From positions 1 through 45,834 of the IMG/VR virus record IMGVR_UViG_3300030372_004329: 45,834 nt of DNA, one strand, 5' to 3'. This DNA is from a virus (taxonomy: Duplodnaviria > Caudoviricetes). The notes under the pieces were generated by a model. That model was not told where the DNA came from and did no database searches. It saw only the letters and a list, made by a program, of their open reading frames with translations. Position numbers and translations under genes: made by a program. Shown here in pieces: positions 27,954-36,399 of this stretch (positions are counted from its first letter, which is position 1; every line of letters starts with the position of its first letter).

Positions 27954-28204
27954 TTCCGACCTCTTTCCTTATCCGCCTGCGCTCGCAACGCGTCCTGGTA
28001 ATCCAGCACCGCCGTTCCGTCCAGAATGTCGTCTAGCGACCACGCCGTGTCAATTTCCGTCAACGTGGCGACCCGTGCTGTCACCAGCCGCCACACCATT
28101 AAGTCCTGTTCGATCTGGGGCGTCAGCGTGCCGACGTTTACCCCAGACCCTCCGCCCGCTGGTCGGCGACCCCGGAAACGCTCGCGACCAGTCCGGAAAA
28201 ATTT
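27950..28204 (-). CDS. Tail assembly chaperone extension (gpGT-like), probably made by -1 frameshift
   Basis: Open -1 frame from the slippery A AAT TTT (28204-28198) to a stop overlapping the tape measure ATG; ATL.E....WSLDD motif. Confidence 0.6.
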   Translation of the reverse strand, partial: KFFRTGRERFRGRRPAGGGSGVNVGTLTPQIEQDLMVWRLVTARVATLTEIDTAWSLDDILDGTAVLDYQDALRAQADKERGRK

Positions 28205-28569
28205 CCGAAATTCACTTCGATCACGAAAGCGATGATTTTCGGAAGCTTCCACAGGTCGGGACCGGCGAAAACCTCGTCGAACTGGTCCGACAGCGGACGG
28301 TCATTTACGAATGTCGACGACAGTAGATCATCGACAAGTCCCGTGACGACCCGCGTGTCCATCGAATTGAACAGAACCTGACCGATGCGGTCGATGTCCA
28401 GGTCGGCGTTCATCAGGTCTTCCGTCGACTTCACGTTACTGCCGGCTGCCGCCATGGTCGGTCCGACGACCTTCGCGATATTCAGCAGCAACGAAAAATT
28501 CCGACGACCCGCGAATTGCGTCACTGCAACGTCGAGACCTTCAATGTTCTTGCGCTTCGTTTCAAGCAT
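28138..28569 (-). CDS. Tail assembly chaperone (gpG-like)
   Basis: Between tube and tape measure genes; ..V.EVNFGNF motif near the end. Confidence 0.75.
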   Translation of the reverse strand: MLETKRKNIEGLDVAVTQFAGRRNFSLLLNIAKVVGPTMAAAGSNVKSTEDLMNADLDIDRIGQVLFNSMDTRVVTGLVDDLLSSTFVNDRPLSDQFDEVFAGPDLWKLPKIIAFVIEVNFGNFSGLVASVSGVADQRAEGLG

Positions 28570-28994
28570 CAGGTGTTACCCCCCGCCTGACCGTTGAGCG
28601 CGTCGGTATCCAGAACCCATTCGCGATTCTCGGCGTCCTTGCCGAACCCTTGCGACGGCATCTGGCGCACCCATGCGTTCTTTGCGGACCAGAGCGTGCG
28701 GCCGGACAGGTCACGCAACAGGATTGGACCCTGACCGTTGTTCGACACGCGGTCGGCGTTCCACGCGGCGGACAGGACATCGTTCGACGGCGACCCGTTC
28801 AACAGGGTCACGGTGATGTTGCCGGCATAGTTGCCCGTCTTCGATCGTTGCGTCAGACCGTCGGCGCCAGTGGTCTTGTTGAACTGCTGTTCGTCAAATT
28901 CGACCGTGATGAATGTGCCGTCGGCGAACCCGCTGATCGGGGCGCCGTTGAACACCAGGATCACCTGTGTGGCGTCATAGTTTGCGAAGCTCAT
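28569..28994 (-). CDS. Tail tube protein (DUF3277-like)
   Basis: YD..QV....G..ISGFADG, GADG, SPSNDVL, REW. Confidence 0.8.
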   Translation of the reverse strand: MSFANYDATQVILVFNGAPISGFADGTFITVEFDEQQFNKTTGADGLTQRSKTGNYAGNITVTLLNGSPSNDVLSAAWNADRVSNNGQGPILLRDLSGRTLWSAKNAWVRQMPSQGFGKDAENREWVLDTDALNGQAGGNT

Positions 28995-30040
28995 GCCGAA
29001 ACCTCCCCGCGAACGGCGACTTTGTGAACGGCGCCGACCAGGTTCGCGGTCCAGGTGCAGCCGTCAAGGAACCGCGCTTCACGGTCGGTCTGATCACGTT
29101 CCGCATAGAGCGGGACATTGACGGTCCATTCTTCGTCGTCAACGATGATATCCTCGTCGATCGACTGCAGGATACGGGCGCGAATGACGTTTTCGACCAT
29201 CACCGATCCGCGGTCGTCGCCGGGAACCTTTCGTTCGCTGGTCAGCAAGACCAGGATGTCCTCTGCCATGCGCTGGGCGACATAATCGAGGCCGCGGCGC
29301 AGATCCACGAACACCGCAGGGCGCGAGACGTAGCCGCCGAACGTCCGGGTGATACCTTGGATGTTCTCGATACGCGTCACGCGTTTCGCTTCCAGTGCTG
29401 TGATCTGGGCACCAGTGAACACGTCGGCAGACACACCCGGCACTCGCTTGAAAGCCCAGGTCGTGCTGCCGGGGTTCTCGGGCAGCTGTCCGCCGGCCCA
29501 TGCCATTTCCGGATATTCGGTCGCGGCGCTTCCGGAATAGATCAGCGCGGTATGGTCGAATTCGCTCGCCAGCAGCGTGGAACCGATGTCGGTGTCGGTC
29601 TCGGGGTCGTCGACCGGATCGAGAACATCGGAGTCGGCGGTCTTCGCAAGGAACAGCTTCGTCCGTGCCTGCACCCACGTCGCAACATCGGTGATGTCGG
29701 TCGCGTCGGCGCTGTTGATCGCTAGTGCATACCATTCGTCATCAACATCAACGATCGCGCCCAGGGCTTCCGCCCACGTCTCGCTGTCGAGCTTGTAGCC
29801 GACCTTGACCCGCGGCGACCGGAGGTCCCCGGAGAAATACGCGGTAACGGCCGCTTTCGACTCGGCGTCGATGTCGGCGTTCGCATCCGCTTCGTCGGCG
29901 TCCGAGAATTCCAGCACGCGCGAACCGGGTTCCGACCCGGACGCATATTCCGAGACGAACATCATCGTCCCGAACCCGACGCGCTGCAGCCCGGACACCG
30001 CCAGGCTGATCTGCACGTCAACGACGTCTTTCAGTGCCAT
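28991..30040 (-). CDS. Tail sheath protein (DUF3383-like)
   Basis: VVDVQI, GFG, PGSTTWAFK..PGV, GAVH.V.V.G; GGAGG RBS before ATG 30040. Confidence 0.8.
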   Translation of the reverse strand: MALKDVVDVQISLAVSGLQRVGFGTMMFVSEYASGSEPGSRVLEFSDADEADANADIDAESKAAVTAYFSGDLRSPRVKVGYKLDSETWAEALGAIVDVDDEWYALAINSADATDITDVATWVQARTKLFLAKTADSDVLDPVDDPETDTDIGSTLLASEFDHTALIYSGSAATEYPEMAWAGGQLPENPGSTTWAFKRVPGVSADVFTGAQITALEAKRVTRIENIQGITRTFGGYVSRPAVFVDLRRGLDYVAQRMAEDILVLLTSERKVPGDDRGSVMVENVIRARILQSIDEDIIVDDEEWTVNVPLYAERDQTDREARFLDGCTWTANLVGAVHKVAVRGEVSA

Positions 30041-30041
30041 G

Positions 30042-30539
30042 TCATGCACCTCCTGTGATTGCGCCAGCCCCGGACGCGTTGCCGTCGCCACCGTCGTGGG
30101 CGACTGTTTCGATCAAGCCGACGTCGTCGGTAATGTCCCGCGCGGCGCGGAATTGAATGTCCATGTTGGCCCGTTGCTGCCATGTGGTCCCGGTGATTTC
30201 CGGGACGTCCTGTGGTTCCGACAATACACGGACATATGCGAAACCGCTAGACCGCAGGTCGCGTTGAACAGTGATGCGTTCGAGCGAGTCGCGCAGCCCC
30301 TGAACCGCACCGGTCACACCCTCACCGTAGACCTGCAGGGACAGCGTAAAAAGTTGCCCCTGTCCGATGACGACCAATCCCGTTTCGTCAACCTCGCCGA
30401 TATACGGCAGACCCTCACGAGACGTGGCAATGACGTTCAGCGTCACATACGGCGGTTCGGGCTGCGGTCCGTTCTGGTTCGCCCATATCACGGGCAGACC
30501 GGTGTTCGCTTCCGCCCAGGTCCACAGTTCCGAGATCAT
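30042..30539 (-). CDS. Neck / tail terminator protein
   Basis: Synteny; VIWANQNGPQP..PY.T motif. Confidence 0.65.
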   Translation of the reverse strand: MISELWTWAEANTGLPVIWANQNGPQPEPPYVTLNVIATSREGLPYIGEVDETGLVVIGQGQLFTLSLQVYGEGVTGAVQGLRDSLERITVQRDLRSSGFAYVRVLSEPQDVPEITGTTWQQRANMDIQFRAARDITDDVGLIETVAHDGGDGNASGAGAITGGA

Positions 30540-30856
30540 GGCTGCACCTTCGTGGCGATCCCGAGATAATGAGGGATGACCCCGTTTTGCCAGACCTGCC
30601 GTTTCGTGACTTCGTGGTCTTCACCGTAAATGTCGAACACGTCACCTTCAAGGATCTCGGATTTCGACCGCAGCGTATACGCTCCGTCCTCGCGCCGACC
30701 CTCGGGCAGCAGCTTCAGTTCCTTGTCCGACGACGGCTGAACGCTGCTGCGAATGACGATCGGCGTTCCTGCGCTGGGCGTCCACACGCCGTTCACGTAT
30801 GCACCACCCGACTTGCGCGTTCCCGTCAGCGTCTGATTGAACTGCTCGAACGCCAT
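30536..30856 (-). CDS. Head-closure (stopper) protein
   Basis: G.YVNG.W, SVQP....L..LPEG.R; synteny. Confidence 0.65.
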   Translation of the reverse strand: MAFEQFNQTLTGTRKSGGAYVNGVWTPSAGTPIVIRSSVQPSSDKELKLLPEGRREDGAYTLRSKSEILEGDVFDIYGEDHEVTKRQVWQNGVIPHYLGIATKVQP

Positions 30857-30858
30857 CG

Positions 30859-31314
30859 TCAGTTCTCCACATCGTAACGAATCGAATTGACCATCTGACC
30901 GCTGTCAATCAGCGGCTTGGATGACCCCTTCATGTCCACCGTTGTCGGACTGTTCGGCGCGAACGGGCCGTTACGGGCTTTCTGTTTCACCTGGTCTTCG
31001 TGACGCTGTCCAAGGATGTGCGCACCGCGATCTGCCGTCAGCCGCCCCAGCTTTACACCGTTCCAGATGCGGTCAACGGTGCGGTCGATGTCCTGCCGAT
31101 TTTCGTCAAACCCCGCACGGATAAAAGAACGTTCCGGAATTTGTCGCGTGCCGTATTCGTTCCAATACGCTTTGTCGACGTTTCGGACGCCTTCGTCATC
31201 AGAACCCGAATCGGACTGAAGTCCGACGGTGACGGTCGTGTGTTCGAGACGCCTCATTTCGCGCAGGATGTCGCCCCAGCCCAAGTCGCGTTCGGTCACA
31301 CCTTTACGGGCCAT
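30859..31314 (-). CDS. Tail completion / neck protein
   Basis: NEYGT..IPERSFIR, PNSPTT...KGSSKPLIDSGQM. Confidence 0.75.
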   Translation of the reverse strand: MARKGVTERDLGWGDILREMRRLEHTTVTVGLQSDSGSDDEGVRNVDKAYWNEYGTRQIPERSFIRAGFDENRQDIDRTVDRIWNGVKLGRLTADRGAHILGQRHEDQVKQKARNGPFAPNSPTTVDMKGSSKPLIDSGQMVNSIRYDVEN

Positions 31315-31637
31315 GCGGTCCTCGCACTGAAGCCGTAACAGATCCGATTGAGGCGCTGCAGTTCCTGACCGTAGCCGGTCGACCCCAGCGTTCCTGCCGC
31401 AGCTTCCGGCGATGCGAATGATCGCGACAGGCTTCCTTCGGTCTCCGACGCTACCGCCCCGCCTGTGCCACCGCGTCCGGCGGTCGTCAGGATGTGGGCG
31501 GCAAGATAAGCGACCGCTTGTTCTCGCCGACAGTGATCCGCCGCGACCTGATCTTCCGCCATCACAATTGCGCCGGTCAACTGAGGGTTGTCGACCAGTT
31601 CGGGTGCAATGACGGGGATCAGATCAACGGCGGCCAC
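31296..31637 (-). CDS. Head-tail adaptor (DUF4054-like)
   Basis: YLAAH.L, SETEG.LSRS, T.YGQE. Confidence 0.75.
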   Translation of the reverse strand: MAAVDLIPVIAPELVDNPQLTGAIVMAEDQVAADHCRREQAVAYLAAHILTTAGRGGTGGAVASETEGSLSRSFASPEAAAGTLGSTGYGQELQRLNRICYGFSARTAWPVKV

Positions 31638-31641
31638 TGGA

Positions 31642-31965
31642 TCAGTCCTTGTCGAGTTCTTCCAGGCGCGCTTTCGCCGCCTTAACCTCAGGTTTGCGGC
31701 CGTCGCCGGACGCCATCATCGTCAGACGGTCGCGATCTTCGGACGTCTCGATTTCTTCGACGGTCATCTGCGTCGGGTCTGCACCAGGCATCTTCGGCGC
31801 TTCAGGCTGACCCTGCGCGACGATCTTGCCGGTCGCGATCCGGTGCTTGACGCCTTTGTTCGCGAGGAATTTCTTCGCGATCTCATCGGGCACGGTGTTC
31901 GGACCGGGCATCAGTTCGACACCTTCGGCACCGTAGATCCGTGCCATGTTGTTCATGATTTGCAT
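31642..31965 (-). CDS. Hypothetical virion-associated protein
   Basis: GGAG RBS; position in the head module. Confidence 0.65.
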   Translation of the reverse strand: MQIMNNMARIYGAEGVELMPGPNTVPDEIAKKFLANKGVKHRIATGKIVAQGQPEAPKMPGADPTQMTVEEIETSEDRDRLTMMASGDGRKPEVKAAKARLEELDKD

Positions 31966-31978
31966 TTCAGTATCTCCG

Positions 31979-32230
31979 TCAGGCAGTGATGTGCCGAACA
32001 GCCCGCATCACTGCGTCTTCGGCGTGGGTGTTAGAAAGGGAGAGATCCCGCGAAGCGAACCGATCTCCGTCAGCATCCGTCCCGCCGATCTCGTGAAGCT
32101 TCGCGATGAACGCAGCACCCATGTCTTTTACCTCCTGCATCTGACGCTTTTCGTCATCGGTCAGCGTCCGGTAGGTGTGGCGCACTGCATTATTCTTCGT
32201 CCGGTCGTCGCTCGCACTGTCGGTTTGCAT
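31979..32230 (-). CDS. Acb2/Tad1-like cyclic-nucleotide sponge (anti-defence) candidate
   Basis: YRTLTDDEKRQMQEVKDMG and SRDLSLSNTHAEDAVMRAVRHIT resemble the two helices of the Acb2 family as I recall it. Confidence 0.6.
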   Translation of the reverse strand: MQTDSASDDRTKNNAVRHTYRTLTDDEKRQMQEVKDMGAAFIAKLHEIGGTDADGDRFASRDLSLSNTHAEDAVMRAVRHITA

Positions 32231-32251
32231 TTCAACATCTCCGTCAGAATA

Positions 32252-32278
32252 TGAGACGGGGCGACCGAAGCCGCCCCG
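32252..32278 (-). promoter_or_regulatory. Conserved UUCG-tetraloop hairpin element, copy 2
   Basis: CGGGGCGGCTTCGGTCGCCCCGTCTCA directly after the major capsid stop. Confidence 0.6.
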
Positions 32279-32284
32279 ATGCGA

Positions 32285-33226
32285 TCAGATGTCGTCCAGG
32301 AACGCACAGGCCAGCGGATAGTACACTAGCACGCCGGCGATCCGCGAATGACACGGCACTACGTATTCCAGACCACGTTCCTGTGCAGGCAGCTGCTCGA
32401 ACATCTGCGGCATTTCCAGCGTCAGGACGTCCGGGTCGCGACGGTAGACGAACGCGACGTCGCCGCTGAAGTCGGTCACACCGTTCGCTGCCAACTGCTC
32501 CGCTGTCAGTTCGTTGGCCCACTCAACCGACGTGATGAAAGGGCTGTTCTGCAGGAAGTATTCGAGAATCGTCGTGTCCGACGTCGACGAACGGGGCGTG
32601 GTCGAGATCAGCGTATACTGGTCGATCGGCAGAACCATCGTGTTCGGCGTTTCCGCGCCGTTGGTCCGGCTGATGATGCCGTTCGCAAGCGCGTTCATGT
32701 CGATCAGGATTTCATCCGGCGTCTTCGTCGACCATTCCGGCGTACCGCCTGCGCCGTTCGGCGCGGACGATGCGGGAATGTTCGGGTTCGTCAGGAAGCC
32801 GGGCAGACCGTGGGTTTCGTCGCCATAGAACGCAACGCTGTTCCACAGTTCCCGCTGTGTACGGGCAGCAGCGTTCGCCTTGCGCTGTTCGAGCGATTTT
32901 CCGGCCATCCGGGCGGCCCGGACTTCCTGCAGCGAGTAGCCGTAGCTGTTGCCGACCGACCGGATCTTGCCGACGAACTCCTTGCCCTTGACGTCGGCGC
33001 GCGGAAGGTCGTCGGCGTAATTGGCGATGATCTTCGCCATGCCGGTGATGTCGTACTGCTCATAGGCGATCGACTCGGCACCTGCGCCGGCGGTCGAGTC
33101 GACAGGAAACAGTTCGAACGCCTTCAGCGGCGCCTTGACGACGTCGTAGGTCTGCGATTTGCGGTGTTCCAGTTCGCGCTGGAAAAACAGCGTCTCGCCC
33201 GCGTCGAGGTTCACGAATTCGGGCAT
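32285..33226 (-). CDS. Major capsid protein (DUF2184 family, HK97 fold)
   Basis: FFQRELE, AKIIA.YADDLPRAD, YGYS..E..AA, W..KT.DEI..D, GV.VYYP. Confidence 0.9.
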   Translation of the reverse strand: MPEFVNLDAGETLFFQRELEHRKSQTYDVVKAPLKAFELFPVDSTAGAGAESIAYEQYDITGMAKIIANYADDLPRADVKGKEFVGKIRSVGNSYGYSLQEVRAARMAGKSLEQRKANAAARTQRELWNSVAFYGDETHGLPGFLTNPNIPASSAPNGAGGTPEWSTKTPDEILIDMNALANGIISRTNGAETPNTMVLPIDQYTLISTTPRSSTSDTTILEYFLQNSPFITSVEWANELTAEQLAANGVTDFSGDVAFVYRRDPDVLTLEMPQMFEQLPAQERGLEYVVPCHSRIAGVLVYYPLACAFLDDI

Positions 33227-33229
33227 GTG

Positions 33230-33688
33230 TTACGCCTCCACTTGGACGGCGACGAGTTCGTCTTCGCCGCTGGTGATGAACTTGCCAATCAGCAGGTTGT
33301 CCGTGCTGGTGGCGGTGGCCTGCCCCTGTGTGGCACCGGCGGCGACGATCGCATACGCGGCGGCACCTGCCGTCACCGCGCCGACCGCTTCCATCCACAC
33401 GCGACCGTCGGAGACGACGGACACCGTGTCGGTGTCGGCATAGGCGGCGTTGCCGGTCGCGGGGAACGTCTGTTCGATCGTGTGCGTGAACAGCGACACG
33501 CCGAGGAAGTCGCCCGCATCGCTGTCGGCGACCTGACACTGATCGTCAGCAGTTCCGCGGATCACCGCAACGCCGAACGGAACCGCGCCTTCAGCGGCAA
33601 AGCTGTCGACGGTGTCGAACACCAGGTCGACCTTCTGACCGGCCTGCGCGACGGTCGAGATGTAACCATATCCGGTGGTCTGGCTCAT
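33230..33688 (-). CDS. Capsid decoration / cement protein
   Basis: Between protease and capsid genes; PFG.AV, G.VW motifs. Confidence 0.7.
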   Translation of the reverse strand: MSQTTGYGYISTVAQAGQKVDLVFDTVDSFAAEGAVPFGVAVIRGTADDQCQVADSDAGDFLGVSLFTHTIEQTFPATGNAAYADTDTVSVVSDGRVWMEAVGAVTAGAAAYAIVAAGATQGQATATSTDNLLIGKFITSGEDELVAVQVEA

Positions 33689-34800
33689 TTCTTGTCCTTC
33701 CGCTTCCACTGGTCGCGCATTGCGTCGAATGCGGCTTTCGAGTCGGTACGGGTTCCGCCGTCGGCGTCGTTCCGCGGCGTGGTCCTCTGCACCTGACGCT
33801 TGGCCGGTTCGTCACGGGCGGCTTCGATGATGCCGTCGTAACGGGCGGTCACGTAGTCGTCGGACTTGCCGGACAGGTCGAGACCGTCATATTTCGTCGC
33901 AATCACCGCTTCGCGAATTTCGCGGTCGGACTTGCCGACGAGATCCGCCGCATCCTTGACGATCGTACCGGCCTCGGCCAGCAGCGTCACGCGCTGTTTC
34001 ACCTGATCGGCGATGGCGTCGTCGGAACGCTGCTTCAGCTGTTCTTCAGCTTCGTCCAGCTTGGCCTGCACCTTGTCGATTTCGGCCTGCATGTCGGTGC
34101 GAACCTTCTGCGCGTCGACTTCGGCCGCGTCGGCGCGGGCGGTTTCTTTCGTCAGTGCCTGGGCAACCTCGGGCGCGGCCTGATACGTCAGGCTGTCCAG
34201 ATTGACCGTCACCAATTTCACATCGTCCGGCATGCGGTTCTCCTGTGATGTGGTTTCGATTTGGACGGACGCGCCATCCAGGTTGATGCGTGCCGCGTTT
34301 CCGACGCGTCCCGCCACACACACCGCCAAGTGGTTGACCGTTGTACCGGTCTGACGATGCGTGAATTTCTGCCCGTTGTATTCGCCGTCCTGCCGTTTCA
34401 GATCGGCAACACGGTATCCCAGCGACAAGCCGCGCTTACCCGCCTCGATTTGACGGATTGCCTCGGCGTCGGTGACGGTGAAGTTTGCGATGATGTTCGG
34501 ACCGTCGATGCGAACATTGTCGCCCACGTAGCCGATCGTCAACGATTTTGCATTATCCGCATTCACCAGTTCCGAAGGGTGGTCCATCGTCACAGGAATG
34601 CCACGGATCGAATCGAGCGTGTCTTGTGTCAGGATGTCGTCGGGGTGACGCAGTTCGTACCGCAACGATCCGTCGTCGTTGCGGTACGGAAAAACGCCGG
34701 TTCGCGACACGACTGCTTCGCCGCGCAGATAACCTTCCGGCGTTCGCTCGAAACGCAGCAGGTTGCCGCGGTCCAGTCTGATGTCGTTGGTTACGGTCAC
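33685..34800 (-). CDS. Prohead protease-scaffold (DUF2213)
   Basis: TPEGYL...RTGV..Y, PVT.DHP, LS.GY, NHLA....GR.G; coiled-coil C-terminal half. Confidence 0.88.
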   Translation of the reverse strand: MTVTNDIRLDRGNLLRFERTPEGYLRGEAVVSRTGVFPYRNDDGSLRYELRHPDDILTQDTLDSIRGIPVTMDHPSELVNADNAKSLTIGYVGDNVRIDGPNIIANFTVTDAEAIRQIEAGKRGLSLGYRVADLKRQDGEYNGQKFTHRQTGTTVNHLAVCVAGRVGNAARINLDGASVQIETTSQENRMPDDVKLVTVNLDSLTYQAAPEVAQALTKETARADAAEVDAQKVRTDMQAEIDKVQAKLDEAEEQLKQRSDDAIADQVKQRVTLLAEAGTIVKDAADLVGKSDREIREAVIATKYDGLDLSGKSDDYVTARYDGIIEAARDEPAKRQVQRTTPRNDADGGTRTDSKAAFDAMRDQWKRKDKK

Positions 34801-34825
34801 GGAAATCCCCGATAAATTCCTGCAC

Positions 34826-34889
34826 AGGATACGTCATGCACAAGGCGCTGTAAATAACGGTTGACGGGATGGGGAATATCGGGTAACGA
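34826..34889. promoter_or_regulatory. Divergent promoters: head operon TTTACA-N17-TATCCT (-, 34854-34826) and regulator TTGACG-N17-TAACGA (+, 34861-34889)
   Basis: 17-bp spacing in both; the + promoter carries TGGGGAAT/CGGGTAAC boxes, with CGGGGAGT just after. Confidence 0.65.
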
Positions 34890-34914
34890 CGGGGAGTAAT
34901 GACAGGAGAACAGC

Positions 34915-35421
34915 ATGCCGTCCAAATATTCCGACATTCGCGACCTCGACACTGCGAACATGACGATCCACGACATTGCGGACCACTACGGCGTGACCTA
35001 CAAGGTCGCCAATCAAGCGGTATGGCGGCACAATGTTCCCTACAGCAGCGGCCACGCGCCTAGTATTCGATCACGCGTCGCCGATATGAAACCGACGGAC
35101 GCTGTCGAATACTTACTGCAGTGCTTGGAAGACATGTCCGAGATACTGACCGGCAGCACTTCGACACACCCGGTTGACGACTTGCCTGTAAAGTTCGGAC
35201 CGAAAGAACGTCGCGCCATGGCAGTTTTGTGGGACGCCGAAGGTTTGCTAGTGTCACATCAGAACTTGTTCAAAGCCTACAACTTCGGGGATTTCGATAA
35301 GAGCGATATGGACTCGCTAAATTCCCGGATCAAAGGAATGCGACGGAAGCTCCCGGAAGACATGAAGATCGTCAACGTCACCGGCGAGGGGTTCAGACTA
35401 ACCCGACCGGGTGTGGAATGA
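34915..35421 (+). CDS. Transcription regulator: N-terminal HTH plus OmpR/PhoB-type winged-helix domain, no receiver domain
   Basis: MTIHDIADHYGVT; FGPKERRAM.VL...VSH..L...SLNSRIKGMRRKL...IVNVTGEGFRL. Confidence 0.7.
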   Translation: MPSKYSDIRDLDTANMTIHDIADHYGVTYKVANQAVWRHNVPYSSGHAPSIRSRVADMKPTDAVEYLLQCLEDMSEILTGSTSTHPVDDLPVKFGPKERRAMAVLWDAEGLLVSHQNLFKAYNFGDFDKSDMDSLNSRIKGMRRKLPEDMKIVNVTGEGFRLTRPGVE

Positions 35422-35452
35422 AAACGGCCCGGCGTGTGATGCGCCGGGCCGT
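35421..35452 (-). terminator. Terminator hairpin between convergent genes
   Basis: ACGGCCCGGCG-N7-CGCCGGGCCGT with a short T-run on the - strand. Confidence 0.7.
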
Positions 35453-35538
35453 ATCGTCTCGGGGTTATTTGAAGCCGCCGACCCCTGGCAAACACACGCA
35501 CGGCTTTGAGACGGTGGACGCATACCCATTAATATCCG

Positions 35539-36399
35539 TCAGATCCCGAGTTCGTCAAGCAATTCGTCGGTGTTCGAGCGTGCCCCACACCGGCAATTGA
35601 TGTCCTCGCCCGGCTTCGACACGGTGCCTCCGATCGACGATCGCTTACGCCATGTACTACCGCCGTCGTCCGAATAAACGCTGTCGTCGTCCCAGCGACA
35701 CAGCTTGCCGTTCATGGCGCGATGCGATTTCCGCACTCGCTCGTCACCGGACGTATCCCAATAATACGTTCGGATGCCGACGGACTGCTGACGGCGCGCG
35801 GTGATTTGCCCGTTCAGCTTCGACACCTGGTCGCGCGCAATCAACCGGGCGCGGCGTTCGGTGGTGTCCATCTGCTCGACGATCTGCGATTCGAGTTCGC
35901 GCGATGTCAGACCAGACCGGACGCCCCGCTGCACGATGCCCTGAACGTTCGTCATCGCCTTGTCGGAAATGTCCGTGATCAGAGACGCATTTTCCGCGGC
36001 GAATGACTTCAATTCATCCGACAACCACGGTTCGTTTTTCAGGAAGTCTACACCGACTGCGGAACGCACGACACGACGCCATTGCGATTCGTTGAAATCG
36101 GCAACCTCTTGTCCGATCATGACGACTTCACGTTCTACCGCCCGTTCCGTTGGGTTCATCGACAGGCGAATGCGCGTCACGGCGGCGACCACGTCGTCAA
36201 CCCACGAATCCGTCCGTGTCTGCAGGTCACGTTCTGTGACGTACATCGGCAGCGCGGCGATCAGGTTGTCTCGAACCGACGCGCGCAGATGGTCGACCAG
36301 GTCCAGTAACAAACGGCGATAACGACGCTCGACCTGGTCCGGCCGGGCCATCTTTGGCGGACGACCGGGACGGGCGCGGCGCTTACGTCTCGTCGCCAT
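35539..36399 (-). CDS. Minor head morphogenesis protein (SPP1 gp7 / Mu F-like)
   Basis: RARLIARDQ..KLN, Y.W.T.GDERVR.SH, PGEDINCRC. Confidence 0.9.
   Translation of the reverse strand: MATRRKRRARPGRPPKMARPDQVERRYRRLLLDLVDHLRASVRDNLIAALPMYVTERDLQTRTDSWVDDVVAAVTRIRLSMNPTERAVEREVVMIGQEVADFNESQWRRVVRSAVGVDFLKNEPWLSDELKSFAAENASLITDISDKAMTNVQGIVQRGVRSGLTSRELESQIVEQMDTTERRARLIARDQVSKLNGQITARRQQSVGIRTYYWDTSGDERVRKSHRAMNGKLCRWDDDSVYSDDGGSTWRKRSSIGGTVSKPGEDINCRCGARSNTDELLDELGI

Noticed and set aside
32285-33226. Encapsulin
   Set aside because: HK97-fold similarity only; the context is a complete phage head module.
35524-35558. A seventh box-family promoter on the - strand upstream of the pseudoknot element
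   Set aside because: TTGACG is present but spacing is 18 bp and the boxes are degenerate, too weak to call.
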